The notes beneath the pieces are model-generated. The model made no database searches, was not told the origin of the DNA, and worked only from the letters and a program-made list of their open reading frames with translations. The translations under genes and the position numbers were made by a program. From Burkholderiales bacterium (GTDB lineage Bacteria > Pseudomonadota > Gammaproteobacteria > Burkholderiales > SG8-39): a DNA stretch of 64,000 bases. This document shows, in pieces, positions 33,057 to 41,281 of the stretch (position 1 is its first letter; the number at the start of each line of letters is the position of its first letter). The stretch covers positions 4,115-68,114 of the forward strand of contig DASXKY010000058.1 in assembly GCA_036496555.1 (NCBI GenBank), in the 5' to 3' direction.

Positions 33057-33542
33057 CTAGGCAACCGCGTAGTTCAGGCGCTCGGCGCGACTCGGCCAGG
33101 AGGTGTCGAACTGCCAGCCGTGCTGCGCCTCGAGGCGCAGGCGGAAGGCCTGCTCGAGATCGCGCGCCGGCACCGCCACGCACTGCGCCGGAAAGCGTGC
33201 AAGGAAGCTCGAGGCAATGAGCGCGCAGTCGCCGACGACCTTCACCGCGCCCTCGCCGATGCGGCGGCCGTGCAGCCAGAGCGCCCCGGCCTCGACATAG
33301 GCCGGCAGGCCGAACTGTCGGTAGGTGGCGGCGGCGGGCGCCGCGGCCCAGGCGAACCAGCGCAGGCGGCGGCCGGGCATCAGCTTGAACGGCGCGATCA
33401 GTCCGAACAGGTGGGACGCTTCGCCCGGCGCCCAGGCGAGGATCGGCGCCGCGCAGCCGTCTTGCGCCTGCGCGAGCTGCGCGCAGGCGGCGTCGAACTC
33501 GGCGGGCCCGGATGAACCGAGCCGGATCCAGCGCGCCATCAT
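33057..33542 (-). CDS. Hypothetical protein (weak resemblance to biotin/lipoate protein-ligase fold)
   Basis: Track ORF 33057..33569 begins at TTG followed by AT-rich codons. The ATG at 33542 (MMARWIRL) is a more plausible start. The family call is tentative. Confidence 0.4.
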   Translation of the reverse strand: MMARWIRLGSSGPAEFDAACAQLAQAQDGCAAPILAWAPGEASHLFGLIAPFKLMPGRRLRWFAWAAAPAAATYRQFGLPAYVEAGALWLHGRRIGEGAVKVVGDCALIASSFLARFPAQCVAVPARDLEQAFRLRLEAQHGWQFDTSWPSRAERLNYAVA

Positions 33543-33558
33543 GCGGCTGATTATTTCA

Positions 33559-33572
33559 TAATTGGCCAATTA
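33559..33572. promoter_or_regulatory. Perfect 14-bp palindrome TAATTGGCCAATTA in a divergent promoter region
   Basis: Read directly from the sequence. It lies in the only AT-rich stretch between the minus-strand gene ending at 33542/33569 and the plus-strand small ORF at 33590. Confidence 0.6.
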
Positions 33573-33589
33573 CATTCAGGAGCGCGGCG

Positions 33590-33760
33590 ATGATCCCGAT
33601 GAGCACCAAGGAGATCAAGGATTTCTGGCACGGTTTCTGCGAGCGCCAGAAAGTTCCCGCGGATTTGCGCGCCCAGGGTGACAAGAAAATCGACGAGGAT
33701 CCCGAGCACTGGGCCGACCACACCATGTGGGAGCTCCTCGACGCCGTCAAGGGCAAGTAG
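33590..33760 (+). CDS. Small protein (56 aa), not in the ORF track
   Basis: ATG at 33590 lies 7 nt after AGGAG (33578..33582). Translation: MIPMSTKEIKDFWHGFCERQKVPADLRAQGDKKIDEDPEHWADHTMWELLDAVKGK. Codons are mostly G/C-ending, as in neighbouring genes, and the composition is mixed and charged. Confidence 0.5.
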   Translation: MIPMSTKEIKDFWHGFCERQKVPADLRAQGDKKIDEDPEHWADHTMWELLDAVKGK

Positions 33761-33764
33761 ACCC

Positions 33765-34250
33765 TTAGAGCTCGATATCCTCGCGAATCGCGGCGATTCC
33801 CGCCGCGGCGCACGCTTCATCCGCTTTCCCGCCGGGCGCGCCCGACACGCCGATCGCGCCGAGCAGCGAGCCGCCCGCCTCGATCATCAGCCCGCCCGCC
33901 ACCGCGGCGACGCCGGGGCGGTCGCGGATGCCGCTCTGCGGCTTGCCGGGCTGCGTGGCGTCGGCCAGCTCGGCGGTGCTGGTGCGGAAGCTGACTGCGG
34001 TCCAGGCTTTGGCTTGCGCCAGGTCGAGGGTGTGAGGGCCGGCGAAGCGGTCGCGCAGCAGCACCTGCGTCACGCCCATGCGATCGACCACCGCGACCGT
34101 CGCCTGGTACCCGCCGTCGCGGCACTTCTTCTGAGCCGCCTGCGCCGCTTTCAAGGCGGTTTCAGGGGTGAGAATTTTCTGGGTGAAGGTCGCTTGCGCG
34201 AATACCTGAAAAGCAAAAACGAAGCTTAGGAAACCCCAGGCCCCCCTCAC
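33765..34250 (-). CDS. GlcG/HbpS-like heme-binding protein (DUF336)
   Basis: AVVDRMGVTQVLLRD...AQAKAWTAVSF...GGLMIEAGGSLLGAIGVSGAPGG match DUF336. GTG start overlaps the tusA-like stop. Confidence 0.8.
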   Translation of the reverse strand: MRGAWGFLSFVFAFQVFAQATFTQKILTPETALKAAQAAQKKCRDGGYQATVAVVDRMGVTQVLLRDRFAGPHTLDLAQAKAWTAVSFRTSTAELADATQPGKPQSGIRDRPGVAAVAGGLMIEAGGSLLGAIGVSGAPGGKADEACAAAGIAAIREDIEL

Positions 34251-34474
34251 TTCTTCCTCATGAAGAAGGTGAACTCCTTGTCAGCCTCGCCGTGCTGCAG
34301 CAATTGGTGCCCGGTCTGCTTCGAGAACGCCTGGAAGTCCTTCACCGCGCCCGGGTCGGTGGCGACCACTTTCAGCACCTGCCCGGACTGCAGATCGCTC
34401 AGGGCCTTCTTGGTGCGCAGGATGGGCAGCGGGCAGTTGAGGCCGCGCGTGTCGAGCTCCTTGTCGAAGTCCAT
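34247..34474 (-). CDS. tusA: TusA-family sulfurtransferase
   Basis: LDTRGLNCPLPILRTKKAL carries the CPxP active-site motif. 75 aa. Confidence 0.88.
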   Translation of the reverse strand: MDFDKELDTRGLNCPLPILRTKKALSDLQSGQVLKVVATDPGAVKDFQAFSKQTGHQLLQHGEADKEFTFFMRKK

Positions 34475-34489
34475 AAAGTATTATGCCGC

Positions 34490-35458
34490 ATGGACAAACC
34501 GGCGCCGGAAGCGGCGGCGAGCTGGCTCGTGACGGTGGCGCTGCTGCCGACCGAGGATCCGGCTTCGCGCATGCGCGTGCTGCGCACGCTCGAGTCGCTC
34601 GGCGCCGCGGTGATGCGCGAAGGCGTCTACCTGCTGCCCGACACGCGCGCCAACCGCCAGGCGCTCGAGGCGCTCGGCCAGTACATCGCGAAGAGCGCCG
34701 GAGTCGCGCACGTGCTGCAGGTCGCCGCCGCCTCGCCCGAGCAGCAGCGCGGATTCCAGCGCATGTTCGACCGCAGCACGCGCTACGGGGAACTGATCAA
34801 GAACGTGGAGGCGCTGCGCGTCGGCTTCGGCCATTCCGACCCCAGCGCGATTGCGAGCGTGCTGCACAAGCAGCGCCGCGAGCTCGAGACCATCGTCGCC
34901 CTCGACTTCTTCCCGAACGAGATGCGCACCCGCGCGGAGAAAGTGCTCGCCGAGACCGACGCCGCGGTGAGGAAGCTCATGTTCCCGGGACACACCCAGA
35001 CCGGCGTCGGCCCCGGCGAGCGCCTCACGCAGCGCACCTGGGTAACCAGGAAGCCGCTGTGGGCCGACCGCCTCGCCTGCGCCTGGCTGATCCGACGCTT
35101 CGTCGACCCGGAGGGCACCGTGGTGTGGCTCGACAAGTCGCAGCCGGTGCAGGCCAACGCGCTCACCTACGGCTTCGACGGCGCGCACTTCGCGAACAGC
35201 GAGAGCCGCGTCACCTACGAGGAGATGCTGGCGCAGCTCGGCCTGGGCAAGAACCCGGCGCTCGCGCGCATCGGCAGCATCGTGCACTTCCTGGAGGCCG
35301 GCGGGACAGCGGTGCCGGAAGCGGCCGGCGTGCAGACCCTGCTGCAGGGCGCGGTGAGGCGCTCGCAGAACGAGGAGCAGCTTCTCAGCGAGGCGGAAAA
35401 GACCTTCGACCTGCTCTACGAGGCTTACTTCGAAGCGCCCAAGGCGAGGAGCGCTTGA
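34490..35458 (+). CDS. chrB: ChrB-family protein (chromate-resistance regulator-like)
   Basis: RMRVLRTLESLGAAVMREGVYLLPD (ChrB N domain) and TWVTRKPLWADRLACAWLIRRFVDPEGTVVW (ChrB C domain). Start is codon 67 of track ORF 34292..35458. Confidence 0.78.
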   Translation: MDKPAPEAAASWLVTVALLPTEDPASRMRVLRTLESLGAAVMREGVYLLPDTRANRQALEALGQYIAKSAGVAHVLQVAAASPEQQRGFQRMFDRSTRYGELIKNVEALRVGFGHSDPSAIASVLHKQRRELETIVALDFFPNEMRTRAEKVLAETDAAVRKLMFPGHTQTGVGPGERLTQRTWVTRKPLWADRLACAWLIRRFVDPEGTVVWLDKSQPVQANALTYGFDGAHFANSESRVTYEEMLAQLGLGKNPALARIGSIVHFLEAGGTAVPEAAGVQTLLQGAVRRSQNEEQLLSEAEKTFDLLYEAYFEAPKARSA

Positions 35459-35487
35459 AGCCGCGCTAGAGGCAGCCCGCCCCGCGC

Positions 35488-36930
35488 CTAGCGCTTCATG
35501 TCCTTCATTTCCTGCGTGTGCTGATTGCGCAGCTCCTTCAGCCGCGCGTCGATCACCGACAGCTGGTAGAAGTCGCCGTCGCCTGCCGAGCGCGCGAGCG
35601 TCAGCTGCTCGATCGCCGCCGGCAGCGAGCCTTGCAGCGCGTAGTACTCGGCCTGCGCCTGGTGCTGCAGCAGGCGCTTGCCGAGGGCCTCGTAGGTGCG
35701 CGACTGCAGCGAGAGCAGGCGCGGGTCGTGCGGGTAGGTGCGCACTGCGTCGGCGAGCTGCGCCGAGGCCTCCGGGCTGCGGCCCGCGTCGAGCAGCGCC
35801 GCGACATGCGCGTACAGCACCGGCCGCGAGTACGGATAGCGCGCCCGCGCCTGAGCCAGCAGCCCGGCCGCGCCGGCGTTGTCGCCCAGCGCCTGCTTCA
35901 CCCGCGCAGCGAGGGTCTCCACCATCGGCCCGGCGAGGCCCGCCTTGCGCAGCTGCGCCAGCTCGGCGTCCGCCTCCTTCGCACGGCGCGCACGCACCAG
36001 CGCCTCGGTGAGGCCGTAGCGCGCCGCCGCCTGGCTCACGTAGCGGCCGTCGCGCAGCGCGTTCTCGAAGTGCTCGACCGCGTCGCGCGCGTCGCCGCCG
36101 TCGGCGCGCAGCTTCGCCCGCACCAGCTGGAAGTCGGGATTGTCGAGGTGCTGCTTGTAGTGCAGGTTCGCGGCGCGGTTCTGCGCGTCGGCGATGCGCT
36201 CCGGGTTGAGCGGGTGCGTGCGCAGGTAGCCCGGCATGTTGCCGTCGTCGCCGATGCGCGTGGCGCGCTGCATCCGCTCGAAGAACACCGGCATCGCCGC
36301 CGGGTCGAAGCCGGCCGCGGCGAGCGTCTGCATGCCGAAGCGGTCGGCCTCGCGCTCGAAGTCGCGCGAATAGGCGAGGCTCGCCTGCACCGCGGCGCCC
36401 TGCACCGCGGCGGTGGCGCCGGCGGCGAGGTCGGGCCGCGAGCGGCCGAGCAGCAGCGCCGCGGCGATCGCCGCCAGCATCGGGATCTGCATCTGCTGCT
36501 GCTGGTTGATCATGCGCGCGATGTGGCGCTGGGTGACGTGCGAGATCTCGTGGCCGAGCACCGAGGCGAGCTCCGACTCGGTCTCGGTGAGCGCTATCAG
36601 CCCGGTGTGCACGCAGACGAAGCCGCCGGGCAGGGCGAACGCGTTGATGACCGGGTCGCGCAGCGCGCAGAACTCGAAGTCCTGCCGCGCGCCGGGCGCG
36701 TCCTGCACCAGCCGCCCGCCGAGCGTGTTGAGGTAGTCGTTGACTTCCGGGTCGTCGATGTACGCCGGGTCGCGGCGGATGTCGCGCATGATGCTCTCGC
36801 CCAGGCGCCGCTCGACCTGCGGCGACATCGTCGCGTCGCCCGAGCCGAGGTCGGGCAGCGTAGTTTGCGCCAGCGCCCGCGGCAGGACCGCCGCCGTTAG
36901 CACCGCAACGAGAAGTGCCTTTCCGCGCAT
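35488..36930 (-). CDS. bepA: M48 metalloprotease with TPR domain (BepA/YfgC-like)
   Basis: Signal peptide, NAFALPGGFVCVHTGL, the HEISHV zinc motif, and a C-terminal TPR-like region. Start is codon 145 of track ORF 35488..37362. Confidence 0.88.
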   Translation of the reverse strand: MRGKALLVAVLTAAVLPRALAQTTLPDLGSGDATMSPQVERRLGESIMRDIRRDPAYIDDPEVNDYLNTLGGRLVQDAPGARQDFEFCALRDPVINAFALPGGFVCVHTGLIALTETESELASVLGHEISHVTQRHIARMINQQQQMQIPMLAAIAAALLLGRSRPDLAAGATAAVQGAAVQASLAYSRDFEREADRFGMQTLAAAGFDPAAMPVFFERMQRATRIGDDGNMPGYLRTHPLNPERIADAQNRAANLHYKQHLDNPDFQLVRAKLRADGGDARDAVEHFENALRDGRYVSQAAARYGLTEALVRARRAKEADAELAQLRKAGLAGPMVETLAARVKQALGDNAGAAGLLAQARARYPYSRPVLYAHVAALLDAGRSPEASAQLADAVRTYPHDPRLLSLQSRTYEALGKRLLQHQAQAEYYALQGSLPAAIEQLTLARSAGDGDFYQLSVIDARLKELRNQHTQEMKDMKR

Positions 36931-36952
36931 GTGTTTATGATAGCGCCCGGCC

Positions 36953-37462
36953 ATGCCAGGTTCCGTGAAGAAACGCAGTCCGCGCCTCTCCCGGCGTCTT
37001 TCCCACTTCGATCGACGGGGCGCGGCGCATATGGTAGACGTCGGCGAGAAGGCCTCTACCCACCGGGTCGCGGTCGCCTCGGGACGCATCCGCATGCGCC
37101 CTGCGACGCTGCGCCTGGCGGCCGCCGGCAAGGCGAAGAAAGGCGACGTGCTCGGGGTCGCGCGCCTCGCCGCGATCCAGGCCGCGAAGCGCACCCCGGA
37201 GCTCATCCCGCTCGCCCATCCCCTCGCGCTTACCCGCGTTTCAGTTGATTTTTCTTTGAATAAAAAACAATCGTCAATCGAGCTGACGGCCCGCGTCGAG
37301 TGCCGCGGACCGACCGGCGTCGAGATGGAGGCGCTCACCGCCGCGGCGGTCGGCTTGCTCACGATCTACGACATGCTGAAGGCGGTCGACCGCGGCATGA
37401 TGATCGGGCCGATCAGGCTGGAGGAGAAGCGCGGCGGCAAGTCGGGCGCGTTTCGCCGCTAA
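36953..37462 (+). CDS. moaC: Cyclic pyranopterin monophosphate synthase accessory protein MoaC
   Basis: [18 protein letters not shown]...[28 protein letters not shown]...[24 protein letters not shown]. Confidence 0.93.
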   Translation: MPGSVKKRSPRLSRRLSHFDRRGAAHMVDVGEKASTHRVAVASGRIRMRPATLRLAAAGKAKKGDVLGVARLAAIQAAKRTPELIPLAHPLALTRVSVDFSLNKKQSSIELTARVECRGPTGVEMEALTAAAVGLLTIYDMLKAVDRGMMIGPIRLEEKRGGKSGAFRR

Positions 37463-37471
37463 AATAGCGCC

Positions 37472-37912
37472 ATGAACCTGCTTCGCAGAAAGACCCTGCT
37501 CGGCGCGACCGCCGCGCTGCTGCTGAAACCCTTCGCAGCGCTCGCCGCCTGGAACAAGGACGCCTTCGGCGCGAAGACGCCGGCCGACGCGCTGAAGAGC
37601 CTCGGCGTCGCCGGCGCGCAGCCGAGCAAGGACCTCGTCATCGACGCGCCGCAGATCGCCGAGAACGGCGCGGTGGTGCCGATCGAGATCGAGAGCCGCA
37701 TTCCCGGCACCACTTCGCTCACCGTGCTGATCGACAAGAACCCCTTCCCGCTCAACAGCCGCTTCACCTTCCTCGACGGCGCGCTGCCCTTCGTCAAGCT
37801 GAACGTGAAGATGGGCGAGACCTCGGAGGTGCGCGTGCTCGCGCAGGCGGGCGGCCGCTACTACGCGGCGAGCCAGGAAATCAAAGTGACCATAGGTGGA
37901 TGCGGCGGCTGA
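37472..37912 (+). CDS. soxY: Thiosulfate-oxidation carrier protein SoxY
   Basis: Tat-type signal (RRKTLLGATAALLL) and the C-terminal carrier motif VTIGGCGG. Confidence 0.92.
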   Translation: MNLLRRKTLLGATAALLLKPFAALAAWNKDAFGAKTPADALKSLGVAGAQPSKDLVIDAPQIAENGAVVPIEIESRIPGTTSLTVLIDKNPFPLNSRFTFLDGALPFVKLNVKMGETSEVRVLAQAGGRYYAASQEIKVTIGGCGG

Positions 37913-37947
37913 GCCGCCTTGGCGGTTGCTCGGCTTAAGGAGAAGAG

Positions 37948-38259
37948 ATGGCAGGACCGATGAAGATGCGCGCGACGCTCGGCCAGGGCTACACCGACGT
38001 GCGCGTGCTGATGACGCACCCGATGGAAACCGGCCTGCGGAAGGACGCCGACGGCAAGATCGTGCCGGCGCACTTCATCCAGACCATCACCGTCCGGCGC
38101 AACGGCAAGACGGTGGTCGAGGCCGAGACCAGCCAGGCCGTCGCGCGCAACCCGGTGTTCACCTTCCGCATCAAGGGCGGCGCGAAGGGCGACAAGATCG
38201 AGGTGAGCTGGACCGACACCGAGAACGACGGCAACAAGACGGAGGCGGTGGTCGCCTGA
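37948..38259 (+). CDS. soxZ: Thiosulfate-oxidation carrier complex protein SoxZ
   Basis: 103 aa. VRVLMTHPMETGLRKD...HFIQTITV is the SoxZ pattern. Follows soxY. Confidence 0.92.
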   Translation: MAGPMKMRATLGQGYTDVRVLMTHPMETGLRKDADGKIVPAHFIQTITVRRNGKTVVEAETSQAVARNPVFTFRIKGGAKGDKIEVSWTDTENDGNKTEAVVA

Positions 38260-39047
38260 TGCGGTATCTGGTTTTTCTCTGGATCGGTCTGGCTTTCCAG
38301 GCGTCCGCGCAAGACGCCAAGAAGGAGATCCAGCGCTACCAGCAGATGATCGCCGAAGGCAGCCCGGTCGAGCTGTTCGAGCTCGAGGGCGAGACCCTGT
38401 GGAAGAAGCCGCAGGGCCCGCGCAACGTGTCGCTCGAGAAATGCGACCTCGGCCAGGGGGCGGGCGTGCTGAAGGGCGCCTACGCCAGGCTGCCGCGCTA
38501 CTTCAAGGACGCCGACCGCGTCATGGATCTCGAGGCGCGGCTGCTCTACTGCATGACGACGTTGCAGGGCCGCAGCCGCGACGAAGCCACCAAGCGCGTG
38601 TTCGGCAACGACGACCGGCCTTCCGAGATGGAGTCGCTCTCGGCGTACATCGCCGCGCAGTCGCGCGGCGTGCCGATGGCCGCCGGGGCCTCTCACCCGA
38701 AGGAGAAGGCCGCCTACGCGCTCGGCCGCGAGCTGTTCTTCCACCGCGCCGGGCCGTGGGACTTCGCCTGCGCGAGCTGCCACGGCGTGGCGAACCAGCG
38801 CATCCGCATGCAGGAGCTGCCGGCGCTCGCCGAGCCGAAGTACGCGCGGCCGGTGATGGCGACCTGGCCCGCCTACCGCGTCTCCAACAGCCAGTTCAAG
38901 ACCATCGAGTGGCGCATGAACGATTGCTACCGGCAGATGCGCATGCCCGAGCCGGTCTTCGCCTCCGACGCCGCCATTGCGCTGATTACGTTCCTGACTG
39001 TAAATGCCAAGGGCGAGCCGTACCGCGGACCCGGAACGAAGAGATGA
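38259..39047 (+). CDS. soxA: Sulfur-oxidation c-type cytochrome SoxA (single heme motif)
   Basis: Signal peptide, one CASCH heme-binding motif, and the conserved WRMNDCYRQMR region. Start is codon 122 of track ORF 37896..39047 and overlaps the soxZ stop. Confidence 0.88.
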   Translation: MRYLVFLWIGLAFQASAQDAKKEIQRYQQMIAEGSPVELFELEGETLWKKPQGPRNVSLEKCDLGQGAGVLKGAYARLPRYFKDADRVMDLEARLLYCMTTLQGRSRDEATKRVFGNDDRPSEMESLSAYIAAQSRGVPMAAGASHPKEKAAYALGRELFFHRAGPWDFACASCHGVANQRIRMQELPALAEPKYARPVMATWPAYRVSNSQFKTIEWRMNDCYRQMRMPEPVFASDAAIALITFLTVNAKGEPYRGPGTKR

Positions 39048-39625
39048 GAAAAGTACTCCTCCTGGTCGGTTTTTTCTTTGTTACCTCCGCATTCGGCGAC
39101 GACGTCGAATCGGTCTTGAAGCGCGACTTCAAGGCGCGCGGACAGGCGACGATGGACCGCATCCCGCAGGACGCGCTGCAGCGCCTGTGCACGGAGGCGC
39201 ACGACAAGCCGCCCGCCGCGCTCGCCAAGGAGCTCGAAGCCGACCAGATGAAGACCGTCGCCTACCCGACGGGCAGCCTGATCGGCGACTGGAAGGCGGG
39301 CGAGCGCATCGCGCAGGGCGGGCGCGGCCTCACCTGGAGCGACAAGCCGGGCGGGCCGAACGACGGCAGCTGCTACAACTGCCACCAGATCGGCCCGCAG
39401 GAAGCGTCCTACGGCACCATCGGCCCGAGCCTGCTCGGCTTCGGCAAGAAGCGCGGCAGCGGCGAGGACGCGCAGCGCTACGTCTACGGCAAGATCTACA
39501 ACGCCAAGGCCTACAACCTCTGCTCGCAGATGCCGCGCCTCGGCTACTCCGGCACGCTGAGCGCCGAGCAGATCCGCGACCTCGTCGGACTGCTGCTCGA
39601 CCCGGCCTCGCCGGTCAACCGCTAA
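39044..39625 (+). CDS. soxX: Sulfur-oxidation c-type cytochrome SoxX
   Basis: Signal peptide and CYNCH heme motif. ATG overlaps the soxA stop (ATGA). It is codon 216 of track ORF 38399..39625. Confidence 0.86.
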   Translation: MRKVLLLVGFFFVTSAFGDDVESVLKRDFKARGQATMDRIPQDALQRLCTEAHDKPPAALAKELEADQMKTVAYPTGSLIGDWKAGERIAQGGRGLTWSDKPGGPNDGSCYNCHQIGPQEASYGTIGPSLLGFGKKRGSGEDAQRYVYGKIYNAKAYNLCSQMPRLGYSGTLSAEQIRDLVGLLLDPASPVNR

Positions 39626-39651
39626 GAGCCGGGCGCGCGGCGCGCCCCTCC

Positions 39652-41280
39652 ATGGATCGCCGCGAATTCCTCAAGCTCCTCTCCCTCGCCACTGCGGCCG
39701 GCGCCGGCCTGCGGCCCGGACAGTCCGAAGCGCAGGCAGCCGACGCCCTCTACCGGGTTCCGCGTTACGGCAACGTCTCGCTGCTCCACATCACCGACAC
39801 GCACGCGCAGCTCCTGCCGACTTATTTCAGGGAGCCTGAAGGAGAGGACTTTCTAAAGAAATACCGTTTGCAGCGCGGCAGCCGCCCGGCCTATGCGCAC
39901 ACCCACCTCGACTACGAGACCCTCGCCCGGCGCTACGGCAAGATCGGCGGCTTCGCCCACCTCGCGGCGCTGCTCAAGCGCCTGCGCGCCTCGCGCCCCG
40001 GCGCGCTGACCCTCGACGGCGGCGACAGCTGGCAGGGCTCGGCCACCTCGCTGTGGACCCAGGGCGCCGACATGATCGGCGCGCAGCGCCTGCTCGGCGT
40101 GCACTTCTCGACCGGCCACTGGGAGTTCACCTACGGCGCCGCGCGCGTGCGCAGCGCGGTAGAGCGCGAGCTGACGCCGATGGAGTTCCTCGCGCAGAAC
40201 GTGCGCACCGCCGATTTCGAGGAGCCGGTGTTCAAGCCCTACGCGCTGCGCCTGGTCAACCACCAGCCGGTGGCGATCATCGGCCAGGCCTACCCGTACA
40301 CGCCGATCGCCAATCCGCGCCATCTCGTGCCGAACTGGACCTTCGGCATCCAGGAGAAACGCCTGCAGGGCGTCATCGATCAGGCGCGCGGCAAGGGCGC
40401 GCGCGCGGTGGTCCTCCTTTCGCACAACGGCCGCGACATCGACCTCAAGCTCGCCTCGCGCGTGCGCGGCCTCGACGCGATCCTCGGCGGCCACACCCAC
40501 GACGCCTTGCCCGAGCCGGTGAAGATCGGCGCGACGCTCGTCACCAATGCCGGCTGCAACGGCAAATTCGTCGGCGTCCTCGACCTGCAGGTAGGCAGCA
40601 GCGGCGTCACGGGTGCCCGCTATCACCTCCTCCCCGTCTTTTCCAATCTGATACCTCCGGACGCTGAAATGGCGAGGTATGTGGAGAAGGCAAGGCAGCC
40701 GTTCGAGAAAAAACTGAGCGAGCCCCTCGCGGTCACGGAGGGCACGCTCTATCGTCGCGGCACCTACAACGGCAGCTTCGATCAGCTGATCCTCGACGCG
40801 CTGCTGGCGCAGAAGCAGGCGCAGATCGCCTTCTCGCCCGGCTTCCGCTGGGGCACTACGCTGCTCGCGGGCGACACCATCACCTTCGAGCAGCTGATGG
40901 ACCAGACCGCGATCACCTATCCGCAGGTCACGCTCAACGCGCTCACCGGCGCGCAGATCAAGTCGATCCTGGAGGATATCGCCGACAACCTGTTTCACCC
41001 CGACCCCTACCTGCGCCAGGGCGGCGACATGGTGCGCGTGGCCGGCATGAGCTACGCGGTGAACCCCGCCGCCGCGATCGGCTCGCGCATCTCGGACATG
41101 AGGCTGGGCGGCGAGCCGATGGGCGCCGACAAGTCCTTCAAGGTCGCCGGCTGGGCCTCGGTGCAGGAAGGCGTGACCGGCGAGCCGGTCTGGGACCTCG
41201 TCGGCCGGCACCTGCGCGCGCTGAAGACGATCCCGGCGCCGACGGTTAACCAGCCCCGCGCCGCGCGCGTTAAGGAGTAG
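39652..41280 (+). CDS. soxB: Thiosulfohydrolase SoxB
   Basis: Tat signal MDRREFLKLLSLATAAGAG, metallophosphoesterase motifs (LLHITDTHAQ, DGGDSWQGS, LLSHNGRDIDLKLA, GGHTHD), and a 5'-nucleotidase-like C-terminus. It is codon 217 of track ORF 39004..41280. Confidence 0.95.
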   Translation: MDRREFLKLLSLATAAGAGLRPGQSEAQAADALYRVPRYGNVSLLHITDTHAQLLPTYFREPEGEDFLKKYRLQRGSRPAYAHTHLDYETLARRYGKIGGFAHLAALLKRLRASRPGALTLDGGDSWQGSATSLWTQGADMIGAQRLLGVHFSTGHWEFTYGAARVRSAVERELTPMEFLAQNVRTADFEEPVFKPYALRLVNHQPVAIIGQAYPYTPIANPRHLVPNWTFGIQEKRLQGVIDQARGKGARAVVLLSHNGRDIDLKLASRVRGLDAILGGHTHDALPEPVKIGATLVTNAGCNGKFVGVLDLQVGSSGVTGARYHLLPVFSNLIPPDAEMARYVEKARQPFEKKLSEPLAVTEGTLYRRGTYNGSFDQLILDALLAQKQAQIAFSPGFRWGTTLLAGDTITFEQLMDQTAITYPQVTLNALTGAQIKSILEDIADNLFHPDPYLRQGGDMVRVAGMSYAVNPAAAIGSRISDMRLGGEPMGADKSFKVAGWASVQEGVTGEPVWDLVGRHLRALKTIPAPTVNQPRAARVKE

Positions 41281-41281
41281 C

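Noticed and set aside
33551-33820. Minus-strand ORFs 33551..33820 (89 aa) and 33556..33813 (85 aa).
   Set aside because: They overlap each other and the 3' end of the GlcG-like gene, lack ribosome-binding sites, and have shadow-like sequences. The plus-strand 56-codon ORF with an AGGAG site explains the region better. This is not proven.
35459-35487. Imperfect palindrome GCGCTAGAGGC...GCGCCTAGCGC between convergent chrB and bepA, considered as a bidirectional terminator.
   Set aside because: The stem is imperfect, it overlaps the stop codon region, and it has no flanking T/A runs. The evidence is insufficient.
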